Source: Thermoproteota archaeon
GTDB lineage: Archaea; Korarchaeota; Korarchaeia; B14-G2
Reading direction: 5' to 3'
Length of the DNA: 34,259 nucleotides
NCBI GenBank assembly: GCA_037917675.1
Contig: JAVCBW010000009.1
Location: 1 to 34,259 of the forward strand
The notes under the pieces are model-generated. The model saw only the letters and a program-made list of their open reading frames with translations. It made no database searches and had not been told where the DNA came from. Shown one piece after another: positions 25,346-33,945 of this stretch. The translations under genes and the position numbers were made by a program. Each line of letters opens with the position of its first letter. Position 1 is the stretch's first letter.

Positions 25346-26488
25346 TCTCTCCTGTTAAGGAGTGGGAGGCTTGAAGTTGAGGTTGAGCTCCCTGTCCCAG
25401 ACAAGAAGGCTAGAGAGGAGATCCTTGATGTCCTGGCTAGAGACCTGCCTCTCGCAAGCGAGCTCTGCTCCTATAGGTGCCCTAGATGTGGGGTGGCTTA
25501 TAGTCTCCCTGGAGCTTGCTCAGAGTGCAAAGCTGAGCTCGAGCTTAGGCCTAGCCTAGCTAAGGTAGCTGAGGCAGCTAACGGATATGTCGGCGCTGAC
25601 CTAGCTGCAGTGTGTAGGGAGGCTGCTGTCCTAGCAGCTAGGTCAGGTAGCAGCATAATCAAGCTAGAGCACTTCATGGAGGCTCTAAAGCTTGTCAGAC
25701 CTACTGCCACGAGAGAGATAAGGACTGAGAGGCCGAGGGTCAGCTGGAGTGACATAGGTGGCCTCTCTGATGTGATCCAGCAGCTAAGGGAGGCAGTTGA
25801 GTGGCCTCTGAAGCACCCAGAGGTCTTCAGGAGGATGGGTGTTAAGCCTCCTAAGGGGGTGCTCCTATATGGGCCACCCGGTACAGGTAAGACGTTGCTT
25901 GCTAAGGCTGCTGCAAGTGAGAGTGGAGCCTCATTCATAGCTGTAAAGGGCCCTGAGCTCCTCAGCAAGTGGGTTGGGGAGTCTGAGAAGGCTATAAGAG
26001 AGGTCTTCAGGAAGGCTAGGCAGTACTCTCCCTCAATTGTGTTCTTCGATGAGATAAATGCTCTCGCACCTAGGAGGAGCGACAACGGCTCTAGAGTAAG
26101 CGAGAGGGTAGTAGCTCAGCTCTTAACTGAGATGGATGGGATAGAGGAGCTTGAGGGTGTCGTCGTGATGGCTGCCACAAACAGGCCTGACCTCCTTGAC
26201 CCAGCTTTACTGAGGCCAGGTAGGCTAGACAGGGTCATACAGGTCCCCCTGCCAGACGAGAAGGGGAGGCTTGAGATCTTAGGGATCCATACTCGAGAGA
26301 TGCCTCTAGCAGATGATGTAGACTTAGCTATGGTAGCTAGAGCAGCCCACAGGGCCTCTGGAGCAGACTTGAAGGCCAAATGTATTGAGGCAGCGATCCT
26401 AGCTCTAAGAGAGTCTCTTGAGGCAAGGGAGGTGAGGGTGAAGCACTTCATGGAGGCTGTCAAGAAGGTGATGGCTTCACGTAAGTAA
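25064..26488 (+). CDS. cdc48: 5'-truncated CDC48/p97 (VAT)-family AAA ATPase: D1 lid plus complete D2, fused to unrelated N-terminus
   Basis: Homology starts near 25350 (RSGRLEVEVELPVPD); GYVGADL, VSWSDIGGL, GVLLYGPPGTGKT, FFDEINALAP, AATNRPDLLDPALLRPGRLD; N-domain and D1 Walker motifs absent. Confidence 0.85.
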   Translation: MSRFSWIRASVEAGGSFAVRVSAENTGEHGTYVVAVVKAVRVVRSAGRLIPKERYVALGAKTGFLNPWALYRAISPGMLSQESTGSWWTSILACSLLLRSGRLEVEVELPVPDKKAREEILDVLARDLPLASELCSYRCPRCGVAYSLPGACSECKAELELRPSLAKVAEAANGYVGADLAAVCREAAVLAARSGSSIIKLEHFMEALKLVRPTATREIRTERPRVSWSDIGGLSDVIQQLREAVEWPLKHPEVFRRMGVKPPKGVLLYGPPGTGKTLLAKAAASESGASFIAVKGPELLSKWVGESEKAIREVFRKARQYSPSIVFFDEINALAPRRSDNGSRVSERVVAQLLTEMDGIEELEGVVVMAATNRPDLLDPALLRPGRLDRVIQVPLPDEKGRLEILGIHTREMPLADDVDLAMVARAAHRASGADLKAKCIEAAILALRESLEAREVRVKHFMEAVKKVMASRK

Positions 26489-26520
26489 ATTAAGCCCACC
26501 TTACATGGGGTTGAGGGAGC

Positions 26521-26847
26521 ATGCTAGGTGTAATCCTCGCAGTAGTCTTGGAGACCTTGGCGCTATGGGTCAGCCAGAAGATGATCCTGCCAGCAGAGAA
26601 GGAGAGGAGCCTGCCTTCAGTCCTGGCTCTAGTGGTAGTTGGCTTGCTTGCCTCAGCTGGGATAAGCATGCTGATACCTGTGCTCGGCTGGCTGATCTCA
26701 GCTCTAGCTTGGCTCTGGCTCGTGAAGGTGTGGTTTAGGACAGGCTGGCTTAGAGCCCTAGCAATAGCTCTGCTAGCTGTCATCATACTAGCTGCTATAG
26801 CCCTGCTAGTAGGCCTCCCATTTCTAGCTGTAGAGAGGCTGAGGTGA
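26521..26847 (+). CDS. Small hydrophobic membrane protein
   Basis: About 4 TM helices; WLVKVWFRTGWLRALAIA pattern; GAGGGAG RBS. Confidence 0.75.
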   Translation: MLGVILAVVLETLALWVSQKMILPAEKERSLPSVLALVVVGLLASAGISMLIPVLGWLISALAWLWLVKVWFRTGWLRALAIALLAVIILAAIALLVGLPFLAVERLR

Positions 26848-26851
26848 GCTG

Positions 26852-27634
26852 ATGAGGCAGTTCACCCTAGGAGTCCTAGCTGGATTAGGCTTATCTCTAG
26901 CAGTGTTCTCAGCTCTAGGCTATGTGCTAGCCTCATCTGCTTATGAGCCTGCTTACAGGAGGATAGCTGAGGCTAAGCCTATGCTAGAGGACATGCTAGC
27001 TCTACTGGAGTCTAGTGAGGTAGAGGACATGCTATCCTCTTACAGAGAGCTTTACTCTGCTATCCCGAAGGCTGAGGCTATGGTGGAAGCATACTCAGAG
27101 GCCTATCCTGTCTTAATTGAGCTATCTAGCTTAGCTCAGGAGGTATATGACATGTCTCATAGCAGGCAGTATAATGAAGTGGCAGCTGCACTCGAGAAGA
27201 TAGATGAAGCAGCTTCTGAAGTCAAGTTCCTGCTAGCTGCTGCAGGCTTAACAGACCTATATGCTCTAGTTGACTCAGCTAGCATGGCAGCTGAGCTCAT
27301 GAGGGAAGTCAAGAGGTTCTCTGAGGCTGCAGCTGAGAGCTCTAGGCTCCTTGAGCTCATACCACCTGAGGAGCTCAAGGCCCAGGTTAAGTTTCTCAAG
27401 ATGATAGCTGAGAAGCTTCCTCCAAGCAAGCTCGAGGACATGGTCAACACCGCTAGAGTAAACCTCAGAGAGCTCTCAGCCTTTGCTGATAGGGCTGAGA
27501 GGCATCCTCCAGGGCAAGTTAAGCTCATGCTTGCAGCAGCATGTACAGCTGGGCTAGCTCTGTCAGCTGTATCAGTAGCTTCAGCTAGGCGAGTGCTTGA
27601 GAAGCCAGCTGCTCAGAGTGATGTCAGCAGCTAA
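26852..27634 (+). CDS. Membrane protein with TM anchors at both ends and a long helical ectodomain
   Basis: N- and C-terminal hydrophobic helices flanking about 200 aa of amphipathic helix; GAGGTGA RBS. Confidence 0.75.
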   Translation: MRQFTLGVLAGLGLSLAVFSALGYVLASSAYEPAYRRIAEAKPMLEDMLALLESSEVEDMLSSYRELYSAIPKAEAMVEAYSEAYPVLIELSSLAQEVYDMSHSRQYNEVAAALEKIDEAASEVKFLLAAAGLTDLYALVDSASMAAELMREVKRFSEAAAESSRLLELIPPEELKAQVKFLKMIAEKLPPSKLEDMVNTARVNLRELSAFADRAERHPPGQVKLMLAAACTAGLALSAVSVASARRVLEKPAAQSDVSS

Positions 27635-27811
27635 GCTATATGCTAAGAGAGGCTCTCGGCTAAGGTAGAGTACTACAGCAAGCTCCTCTCGTGCCATGAG
27701 CTCTAGAGCTCCATCTAATCTAAGCAAGCTAGGTAGGCTATCAGACGCTAGGAGGAGCCACCTGTATGAGATGCAGCATCAAAGAGGCTGTTCTGCACCT
27801 GTAGCACTGGG

Positions 27812-27823
27812 GAAAGGTTTATA
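27812..27823 (+). promoter_or_regulatory. BRE-TATA promoter of the ABC operon
   Basis: GAAAGG-TTTATA about 24 nt upstream of ATG 27847. Confidence 0.55.
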
Positions 27824-27846
27824 CGTGTAGCTTATGCTTGAGCTTG

Positions 27847-28125
27847 ATGCTAGTGGAGGAGGCTATAAGAGAGTATAACTCAGCTAGAAGCCTTGAGGCT
27901 AAGGCAAGGCTGATCTCAGCTGGAAGAGGTAGGCTGGAGGTGGAGTTTAAGCTGGCTAGGACCTGTGGCCTCCTAGACTGGATTGAAGACTTAGCTGTGA
28001 TCCTAGAGGAGAAGCTGAAGATTAAGGTGAGGCTTGAGGAGCTAAGGGAGATGGAGGGAGAGGAGATCAGGGTTCTAGCTGCTTTCAGGCTGGAGGGTGA
28101 TGAGGTTGGAGGCTATATCAGCTAG
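27847..28125 (+). CDS. Conserved archaeal hypothetical protein
   Basis: AIREYN..RS.EA.A, VEF...TCG..DWIED pattern; start could be TTG 27838. Confidence 0.6.
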   Translation: MLVEEAIREYNSARSLEAKARLISAGRGRLEVEFKLARTCGLLDWIEDLAVILEEKLKIKVRLEELREMEGEEIRVLAAFRLEGDEVGGYIS

Positions 28126-29089
28126 AAGCCTTAAGAAGACTTACATAACATACCTGAGGAGAGGGTTCAGGAGAGAGAGGAAGATCGTGAAGGCCTTACG
28201 TGGAGTGTCCTTTGAAGTGAGATACGGAGAGGTCTTTGGGCTCCTTGGGCCAAATGGGGCAGGGAAAACCACCACAGTAAAGATTCTAGCAACCCTGCTG
28301 CTACCAGACTCAGGGGAGGCTACTGTAGCTGGCTTCGATGTCGTGAGGCAGCCATCTGAGGTCAGGAGGAGGATAGGAGTCACCCTGACAGTAGAGAGAG
28401 GCTTCTTCTGGAAGCTGACTGGCAGAGAGAACCTCAAGTACTTCGGGCTTCTAAGAGGGCTCAGAGGATCTACCCTAGACTCTAGGGTGAGAGAGCTCCT
28501 CAGGCTCACAGGCCTAGAGGAGCTTGGAGCCTCAGACAAGCTATATGAGGAGTACTCTCTAGGGATGAAGGCTAAGCTATCGCTTGCTAGAGCTCTGCTA
28601 GCAGACCCACCTGTCCTCATGCTAGATGAGCCTACTCTAGGCTTGGATCCCTCCTCAGCCAGGGAAGTCAGGGAGCTACTTGTTAAGCTAGCTAGAGAGG
28701 AGGAGAAAGCTGTGCTTGTGACAACACATAACATGTGGGAGGCTGAGATGATATGTGATAGGGTTGCGATAATAAGCCAGGGGACCATAGCTGCAATAGG
28801 GAGCGTCAGTGAGCTGAAGAAGCTAGCTCCCAAGAAGTCTGTGCTAAAGGTGCTGCTGAAGGCCCCAAATACAGACAGGCTGAAGGATGCTGTAGACTGG
28901 ATTGGAGAGGAGGATAGCTGGACTGCTGTCAGGGTGTACTGTGAGCCAGGTGGAGAGGGAGAGGCCCTGGCCACCATAGCCTCCATGGTAGCTGAGCTAG
29001 GTGGGAGAGTATATAGGGTTGAGCTGTCTGAGCCGACGCTGGAAGATGTTTTCATAGAGCTGACTAAGGGAGGGGCATGTCAGCAATAG
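28097..29089 (+). CDS. ABC-2 type exporter ATP-binding subunit
   Basis: GPNGAGKTT, YSLGMKAK signature, LMLDEPTLGLD, TTHNM, C-terminal EPTLEDVF. Confidence 0.95.
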   Translation: MMRLEAISARSLKKTYITYLRRGFRRERKIVKALRGVSFEVRYGEVFGLLGPNGAGKTTTVKILATLLLPDSGEATVAGFDVVRQPSEVRRRIGVTLTVERGFFWKLTGRENLKYFGLLRGLRGSTLDSRVRELLRLTGLEELGASDKLYEEYSLGMKAKLSLARALLADPPVLMLDEPTLGLDPSSAREVRELLVKLAREEEKAVLVTTHNMWEAEMICDRVAIISQGTIAAIGSVSELKKLAPKKSVLKVLLKAPNTDRLKDAVDWIGEEDSWTAVRVYCEPGGEGEALATIASMVAELGGRVYRVELSEPTLEDVFIELTKGGACQQ

Positions 29090-29883
29090 ATGTCGTTAAG
29101 GCAAGCTTATACCTCACATACTCCTGGTATAAGAACAATAGGATAATGCTCTTCACGTCACTGATCTGGCCCTACCTCATGGCTTTCCTAGTCTTGGCGC
29201 TGGGCAGCATGTATGGTAGCGTAAGCGAGTTCACTAGGAAAATGGATGTGTCAAACCCAGTCCTATACATGCTGGCTTCAAGCACAGTAGCCTTCTCGAG
29301 CATAGCTGTACTTGAAGCTGCAGTCGGCTTCGTCATGTATAATAGGTGGCTTGGGACGCTCCAGTATATAGTGCTCTCTCCAGTAGGCTCTAAGACTCTG
29401 ATAGCTGTAGCAGGGATCCCAGACTCACTGCTCTCAGCAGTGATCTCGGTTACAGCTGTCGCCCCAGCTGCAGCCTATTTCGAAGGAGTCAACGGAGCCT
29501 TGAAGACCATGGCAGTCCTCCTACTGATCCTGGCTGGAATGACCCCTATGCTAGCTCTATCAGTTGTAGCTGCTGCAGCAACCCTCTCTATAAGAGAGGA
29601 GACAAATGTCCTAGCCTTCCTAAACCCCATAATCCTCCTGCTCAGCGGAGTCTTCTATCCAATAGAGGTTCTGCCTAGGATCTTCCAGCTAGCCTCACTA
29701 GCAGTCCCCTCAAGATATGTGATTGATGCAGCTAAGCTCCTTGCAACATACACTACACCAGGGGGAAAGCTCCTCATGCTAGTCCTCTATCCTCTTGCAG
29801 TCCTGGCTGTAGCATATAACCTCCTAGCCCTAGCTGGAGTAGATAGGGCTGTTAGCCTAGCTAAGAGGAGGGGTTTCGAGTGA
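29077..29883 (+). CDS. ABC-2 type exporter permease
   Basis: RWLGTLQYIVLSP, LLSGVFYPIEVLP, P..YVIDA. Confidence 0.9.
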   Translation: MSAIDVVKASLYLTYSWYKNNRIMLFTSLIWPYLMAFLVLALGSMYGSVSEFTRKMDVSNPVLYMLASSTVAFSSIAVLEAAVGFVMYNRWLGTLQYIVLSPVGSKTLIAVAGIPDSLLSAVISVTAVAPAAAYFEGVNGALKTMAVLLLILAGMTPMLALSVVAAAATLSIREETNVLAFLNPIILLLSGVFYPIEVLPRIFQLASLAVPSRYVIDAAKLLATYTTPGGKLLMLVLYPLAVLAVAYNLLALAGVDRAVSLAKRRGFE

Positions 29884-30665
29884 AGGCTAAGGCTGTGGTG
29901 TGGCTACACTTCCTCAGGCTATGGAGATACAAGATCTCATTCATGAACACAGTACTCAACACAGTCCTCTGGTTCACCATATTCCTGCTGGGAGCACTGA
30001 TGTTTGTCCCAAGAGATCAGCTAGCTGAGAGTGCAGCTCTAGCCTTCTGGGGGATAGTCATGTGGAACCTCATATCTACACCAACATGGGTGATGGGAGG
30101 CTGGATGCGCTTCTATGTCTCACAGGGGTTCGTAGAGGAGCATATGCTAGCAGACACATCGACAGCCATGGTTCTAGTAGGGAGGATGATCCCAAACACA
30201 GCAGTCTCAACAGCAGCATCAGCTCTCATGTACTATGTGGTGTCAGCTGCAGCAGGCCAGCCTCTCCCACCAGTCAGAAGCTGGCCAACCCTGGTACTGG
30301 GACTAGCAGACCTCATGGCAATGGCTGTAGCATACTCCCTAACCATAGCAGCAGCAACGATGGTGACAGGAGCCCCAATGAGGCTAGTGGAGCTAGGGAA
30401 CTTCCTGGTGTTCATAGTAGGGGGGATAGCAGCTCCAGTAGGAAAGCTACCTACAGTACTCCAGAAGGTAGCGCTAGTAATCCCCTACTCATATGCCTCA
30501 GAGACAGCGAGGCTAGGTGCAGCAGGTATACCTCCACATACCCCACATGCACCAGAAGCCTCAACAGCCATAGCCATAGCAATGATGGTGGCAGCACTAG
30601 CATCCATGAAGAGAGCTGAGAGAGTAGTGAGAAAGAGAGGAACCAAAGCTATAGGAGGCATGTAG
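29880..30665 (+). CDS. ABC-2 type exporter permease
   Basis: G.VEE, GGIAAPVGKLP..LQ.VA..IPYSYA.E.AR; GTGA overlap with the upstream permease. Confidence 0.88.
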   Translation: MKAKAVVWLHFLRLWRYKISFMNTVLNTVLWFTIFLLGALMFVPRDQLAESAALAFWGIVMWNLISTPTWVMGGWMRFYVSQGFVEEHMLADTSTAMVLVGRMIPNTAVSTAASALMYYVVSAAAGQPLPPVRSWPTLVLGLADLMAMAVAYSLTIAAATMVTGAPMRLVELGNFLVFIVGGIAAPVGKLPTVLQKVALVIPYSYASETARLGAAGIPPHTPHAPEASTAIAIAMMVAALASMKRAERVVRKRGTKAIGGM

Positions 30666-30765
30666 CCACAGGCATAGAGGGCGTATACCCATAGGCATGA
30701 TGCCAGCTCCACTGAGCCAACTAATATAGGAATCCCTAGAGCTCTCGAGAGTGGCCGTAGGCCCT

Positions 30766-30821
30766 CAGCTATAAGCCTAGCTTATAGCTGCAGCTACCAA
30801 CTCAGCTGCTAGCAGCTGAGT
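30766..30821. repeat. Adjacent inverted repeats: 11-bp stem with 3-nt loop and a perfect 22-bp palindrome
   Basis: CAGCTATAAGC-CTA-GCTTATAGCTG (30766-30790) and ACTCAGCTGCTAGCAGCTGAGT (30800-30821), between convergent genes. Confidence 0.85.
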
Positions 30822-31016
30822 CCTCTGCAAATGGCAGCCTGCTACCTCCTTATAGCCCCCTATAGCGATCATATCCTCCTCTAATCTAAGCACTGCACTG
30901 TAGTCTTCCTAGCAGTGTAGCTAGCGTTTCTATCAGCAGCTGGTGAGAGATGCTCTCAGCAGTATACAGCTGAGAGGAGCCTTAGGTAGCTCACTCTAGG
31001 CAGTAGGGTTATATAG

Positions 31017-31310
31017 CTAAGTGCAGAAGACTGCTACAAGCTTCTGGAGAGCATCTCTAAGCTCAGCTAGCTCGAACTTCCCTCCATCATCAAAAGCTTT
31101 CAGGATGAGCTTAACATCCTCCATTTCACTTATGTTATGGTAGCTCGTGACTGCTTCAACCCAGACTCTTATGATGCCGATCTTGTCCTGTATCTCAGAT
31201 AAAATAAGTTGAGGGAAGTACCTGGACGCCTTAGTCTTCTCTACTATCCAGAGGCACTCCAGCATCTCTCTCTGGAGGAATTCCGGAGCTCTTGGAGCTA
31301 GCTTACCCAA
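31017..31310 (-). CDS. Hypothetical protein
   Basis: 97-aa ORF with GAGGTGA RBS before TTG; overlaps the upstream ORF. Confidence 0.6.
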   Translation of the reverse strand: MGKLAPRAPEFLQREMLECLWIVEKTKASRYFPQLILSEIQDKIGIIRVWVEAVTSYHNISEMEDVKLILKAFDDGGKFELAELRDALQKLVAVFCT

Positions 31311-31606
31311 AAGATCACCTCATCCCTATCTTCCCCATCTGGTATGAGCACTGGCTGCACCCTCCTTCTAAGAGACCACTCAACAGTCTCCTTTAGGGCA
31401 TTCAGCAATCCTCTACCATTCTTCACCTCAAAGGCGATCTGCACGCTATTTGCTCGAACTAGCCTTATGTCTCCTCTCTGGAAGGCTGTAAGGACTTCCA
31501 CTAGCTCCTCAACCTCCAAGACACTTCCCTCTGAGCTAGATGCTCTCACTAGCTTGGTGACATGGGTACAGGCTGCGGAGGAGGCTGTGGTGGGAGAGGA
31601 TACCAT
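31298..31606 (-). CDS. Hypothetical protein
   Basis: 102-aa ORF with alpha/beta character, coupled to the downstream gene; start uncertain. Confidence 0.5.
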   Translation of the reverse strand: MVSSPTTASSAACTHVTKLVRASSSEGSVLEVEELVEVLTAFQRGDIRLVRANSVQIAFEVKNGRGLLNALKETVEWSLRRRVQPVLIPDGEDRDEVIFWVS

Positions 31607-31753
31607 GTCTTAGACATTGGGCCATGAATGAGAGTCTCCATCACACTCACCAGGCAAACTGCTCTCTAAGGTCACATAAAAACTTAAATAAACAGGGTTT
31701 TACGGGTTTCTTGACAGTATCTAATGTGCTTATTGGAAATTAGGGGTAGGTAG

Positions 31754-33316
31754 TTGTCCCAAGATATGCTGTCGAATCTGGTCAAAAAAGGCATGGAGCT
31801 AGCTAGGAGGTACCAGCCTGAGAGGGTGCGGGCTCCAGTTAAGCTTGTGATAGGAGATAAGCTTGAGGTCAGTGGGCATGAGATAGCTATCCCAGAGCAG
31901 CTTCTCAGGTATGAGAGGTTCCTTGAAGGCTTCCTTGCTGTAGCTATAGCAGTTCCAGTGGAAGTGAGGTCTATACCTGAGGTCGTAGATATCATGTTCT
32001 ATAATGGGCTGAAGCAGGAGGCAGCTCCAGAGCTTGTGGAGCTATGGAAGCAGGCTGCTGCCACCCATGTCAGCCCAGATTTCAACCCGCTATATGCACT
32101 GCCTAGCTGGGACATGATACTAGGAGGGAAGTTTGTAGAGAGCGTTATAGAGGAGCTATGGAGGGTCAGCGAATATGGCATAAGGCTAGATGGTGCTTCC
32201 ACCCTACTGCTTTTTACGAAGATGCTTTGGGAGTATGATGCTCCACTCACCTATACTGATATAAGGATACTGAAGGCGCTTTCTCTTAAGCCTACTGCAA
32301 GCGGCCGTGAGATAGCTAAGATGATTTCCACACCAAAGTCTACTGTGCTAAACAGGGTAAAGAAGCTTAGGAGCCGCAACTGGCTCAAGATCGTCATAGT
32401 TGTAAACTACCCGATGATAGGGCTTGAGCATAAGGCAGTCTTAGCTGAAGTACCATCTGTTGACTTCAAGTCTATTGAGGAAGCTAAAGCCCTGCTTGAC
32501 ACACCCTACACCAGGTATGTAACGATAGTATATGGTGGAAGACCCACCATATATGCTATCTTAACCATGCCATTCCACCTAGAGCAGGCTCTGAGAGCTC
32601 TCTTGAATAAGGCTACCAGAGAGGGAGTCCTGTCAAGCTATAAGCTGATCACGCTGCTAGGCTATAACAGCTTCTATAACTTCACAAGCTACATCCCTAA
32701 GGTAGGGTGGAGATCTGAGAGCATGGGGTGGGTGATGTGGATGGTCAACTGCCTAAGGAGGAGGGCTAAGGCCCCTATGCACCTCTACTCGTATGAGCCA
32801 TTCGAGTTCGATAAACTTGATCTCATGATAATCAGAGAGATGCAAAGGGGTCTTCTGAAGCCGAGTGAGATAGCTAGAGCTCTCAGAGTAGATGGAAGCG
32901 AGGTCGGTGAGAGGAAGAGGCAGCTTGAGAGGCATGGTGTCATAAGCTATCTCCCTGCTATGGCATTCGATGGACTCAAGGAGTTTCTGGTAGTTCTAGC
33001 TCAGCTAGAAAGCCGTGATGTAGCTGAAAGCTTTGCTGCAGGCTTAACCATACTGCCATACTGCAGCTATGCCCTCTGCTCTGGTGACGTAGACGGAGTA
33101 TTGGCTCCACTAAAGCTACCTAGTGGTGGAGCACTCTCCTACATGCATGATCTCGAGTGCGTCTCCTCTGAGCTAAGCGGAGTAGAGGAGCTGCACTTCT
33201 ATGTGAGATGGGGCATGGGAGGCGTCCATAGGCTCCTTCCTGTAGAAATGTATAGCCCAGATAGAGGGTGGGTCGGTAACTATAAGATGCTTGCTCAGAA
33301 GCTAGACAGACCTTAG
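31754..33316 (+). CDS. Large transcriptional regulator with two winged-HTH/Lrp-AsnC-like modules
   Basis: LTYTDIRILKAL...ASGREIAK..TPKSTVLNRVKKL..NYPMIGL and FDKLDLMIIREM..SEIARALRVD.SEV.ERKRQLERHGVI, each followed by a ferredoxin-like (RAM) region. Confidence 0.8.
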   Translation: MSQDMLSNLVKKGMELARRYQPERVRAPVKLVIGDKLEVSGHEIAIPEQLLRYERFLEGFLAVAIAVPVEVRSIPEVVDIMFYNGLKQEAAPELVELWKQAAATHVSPDFNPLYALPSWDMILGGKFVESVIEELWRVSEYGIRLDGASTLLLFTKMLWEYDAPLTYTDIRILKALSLKPTASGREIAKMISTPKSTVLNRVKKLRSRNWLKIVIVVNYPMIGLEHKAVLAEVPSVDFKSIEEAKALLDTPYTRYVTIVYGGRPTIYAILTMPFHLEQALRALLNKATREGVLSSYKLITLLGYNSFYNFTSYIPKVGWRSESMGWVMWMVNCLRRRAKAPMHLYSYEPFEFDKLDLMIIREMQRGLLKPSEIARALRVDGSEVGERKRQLERHGVISYLPAMAFDGLKEFLVVLAQLESRDVAESFAAGLTILPYCSYALCSGDVDGVLAPLKLPSGGALSYMHDLECVSSELSGVEELHFYVRWGMGGVHRLLPVEMYSPDRGWVGNYKMLAQKLDRP

Positions 33317-33509
33317 TCTTGAGAGAAGCGAGCTAGCAGAGGAGAATCCACTGAGTGCTATGGCTGGTGGCTACAGGCTTCTCAAGTAGCCCATATGCTA
33401 GAGAAGGCTTACTAAGGCACCGTGACCTCAGAGCTGCCAGCTAGGTTATGATTTCTCTTAGAATGCCTGCCTAGGCTCTCTGGATGGCAGGTAGCTTTCT
33501 TATGTGAAG

Positions 33510-33945
33510 CTATATGCCTAAGTATGCCTTCTTGACATGCTCGTTTGCCAGGAGCTCCCTAGACTCTCCCTCTAGGACTATCCTCCCTGTCTCGAGGACA
33601 TAGCCTCTGTCAGCTAGCTCCAGTGCATGCCTCACGTTCTGCTCTACTAGGAGCACAGTTATCCCTTCATCGTTTATCTTCTTTAGCATCTCGAAGACCT
33701 GTAGGACAAGCTTTGGGGCTAAGCCTAGTGATGGCTCATCTGACATCAGCAGCTTAGGCCTAGACATGAGTGCTCTACCTATAGCTAGCATCTGCTGCTC
33801 TCCTCCACTCAAGGTTCCAGCTAGCTGGTTCCTTCTCTCCTTTAGCCTAGGGAAGAGCTGGTAAACCCACTCTAGTGTGTCATCTTTCCTCCTCCTCGCT
33901 TCCCTAGTATAGGCGCCTAGCTCCAAGTTCTCTAGAACAGTCTCA
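33510..33945 (-). pseudogene. livF: 5'-truncated branched-chain amino acid ABC ATPase fragment
   Basis: TVLENLELGAY, LFPRLKERRNQLAGTLSGGEQQMLAIGRALM, DEPSLGLAP, VKKAYLG; Walker A half is missing and no liv partners are adjacent. Confidence 0.85.

Noticed and set aside
25668-26458. Repeat AGCACTTCATGGAGGCT in cdc48
   Set aside because: Explained by D1/D2 lid paralogy (HFMEA in both).
28141-29055. Long antisense ORFs (e.g. 28141-29055, 21263-21880, 25498-26085, 12128-12589)
   Set aside because: Ser-rich shadows of well-supported genes on the opposite strand.
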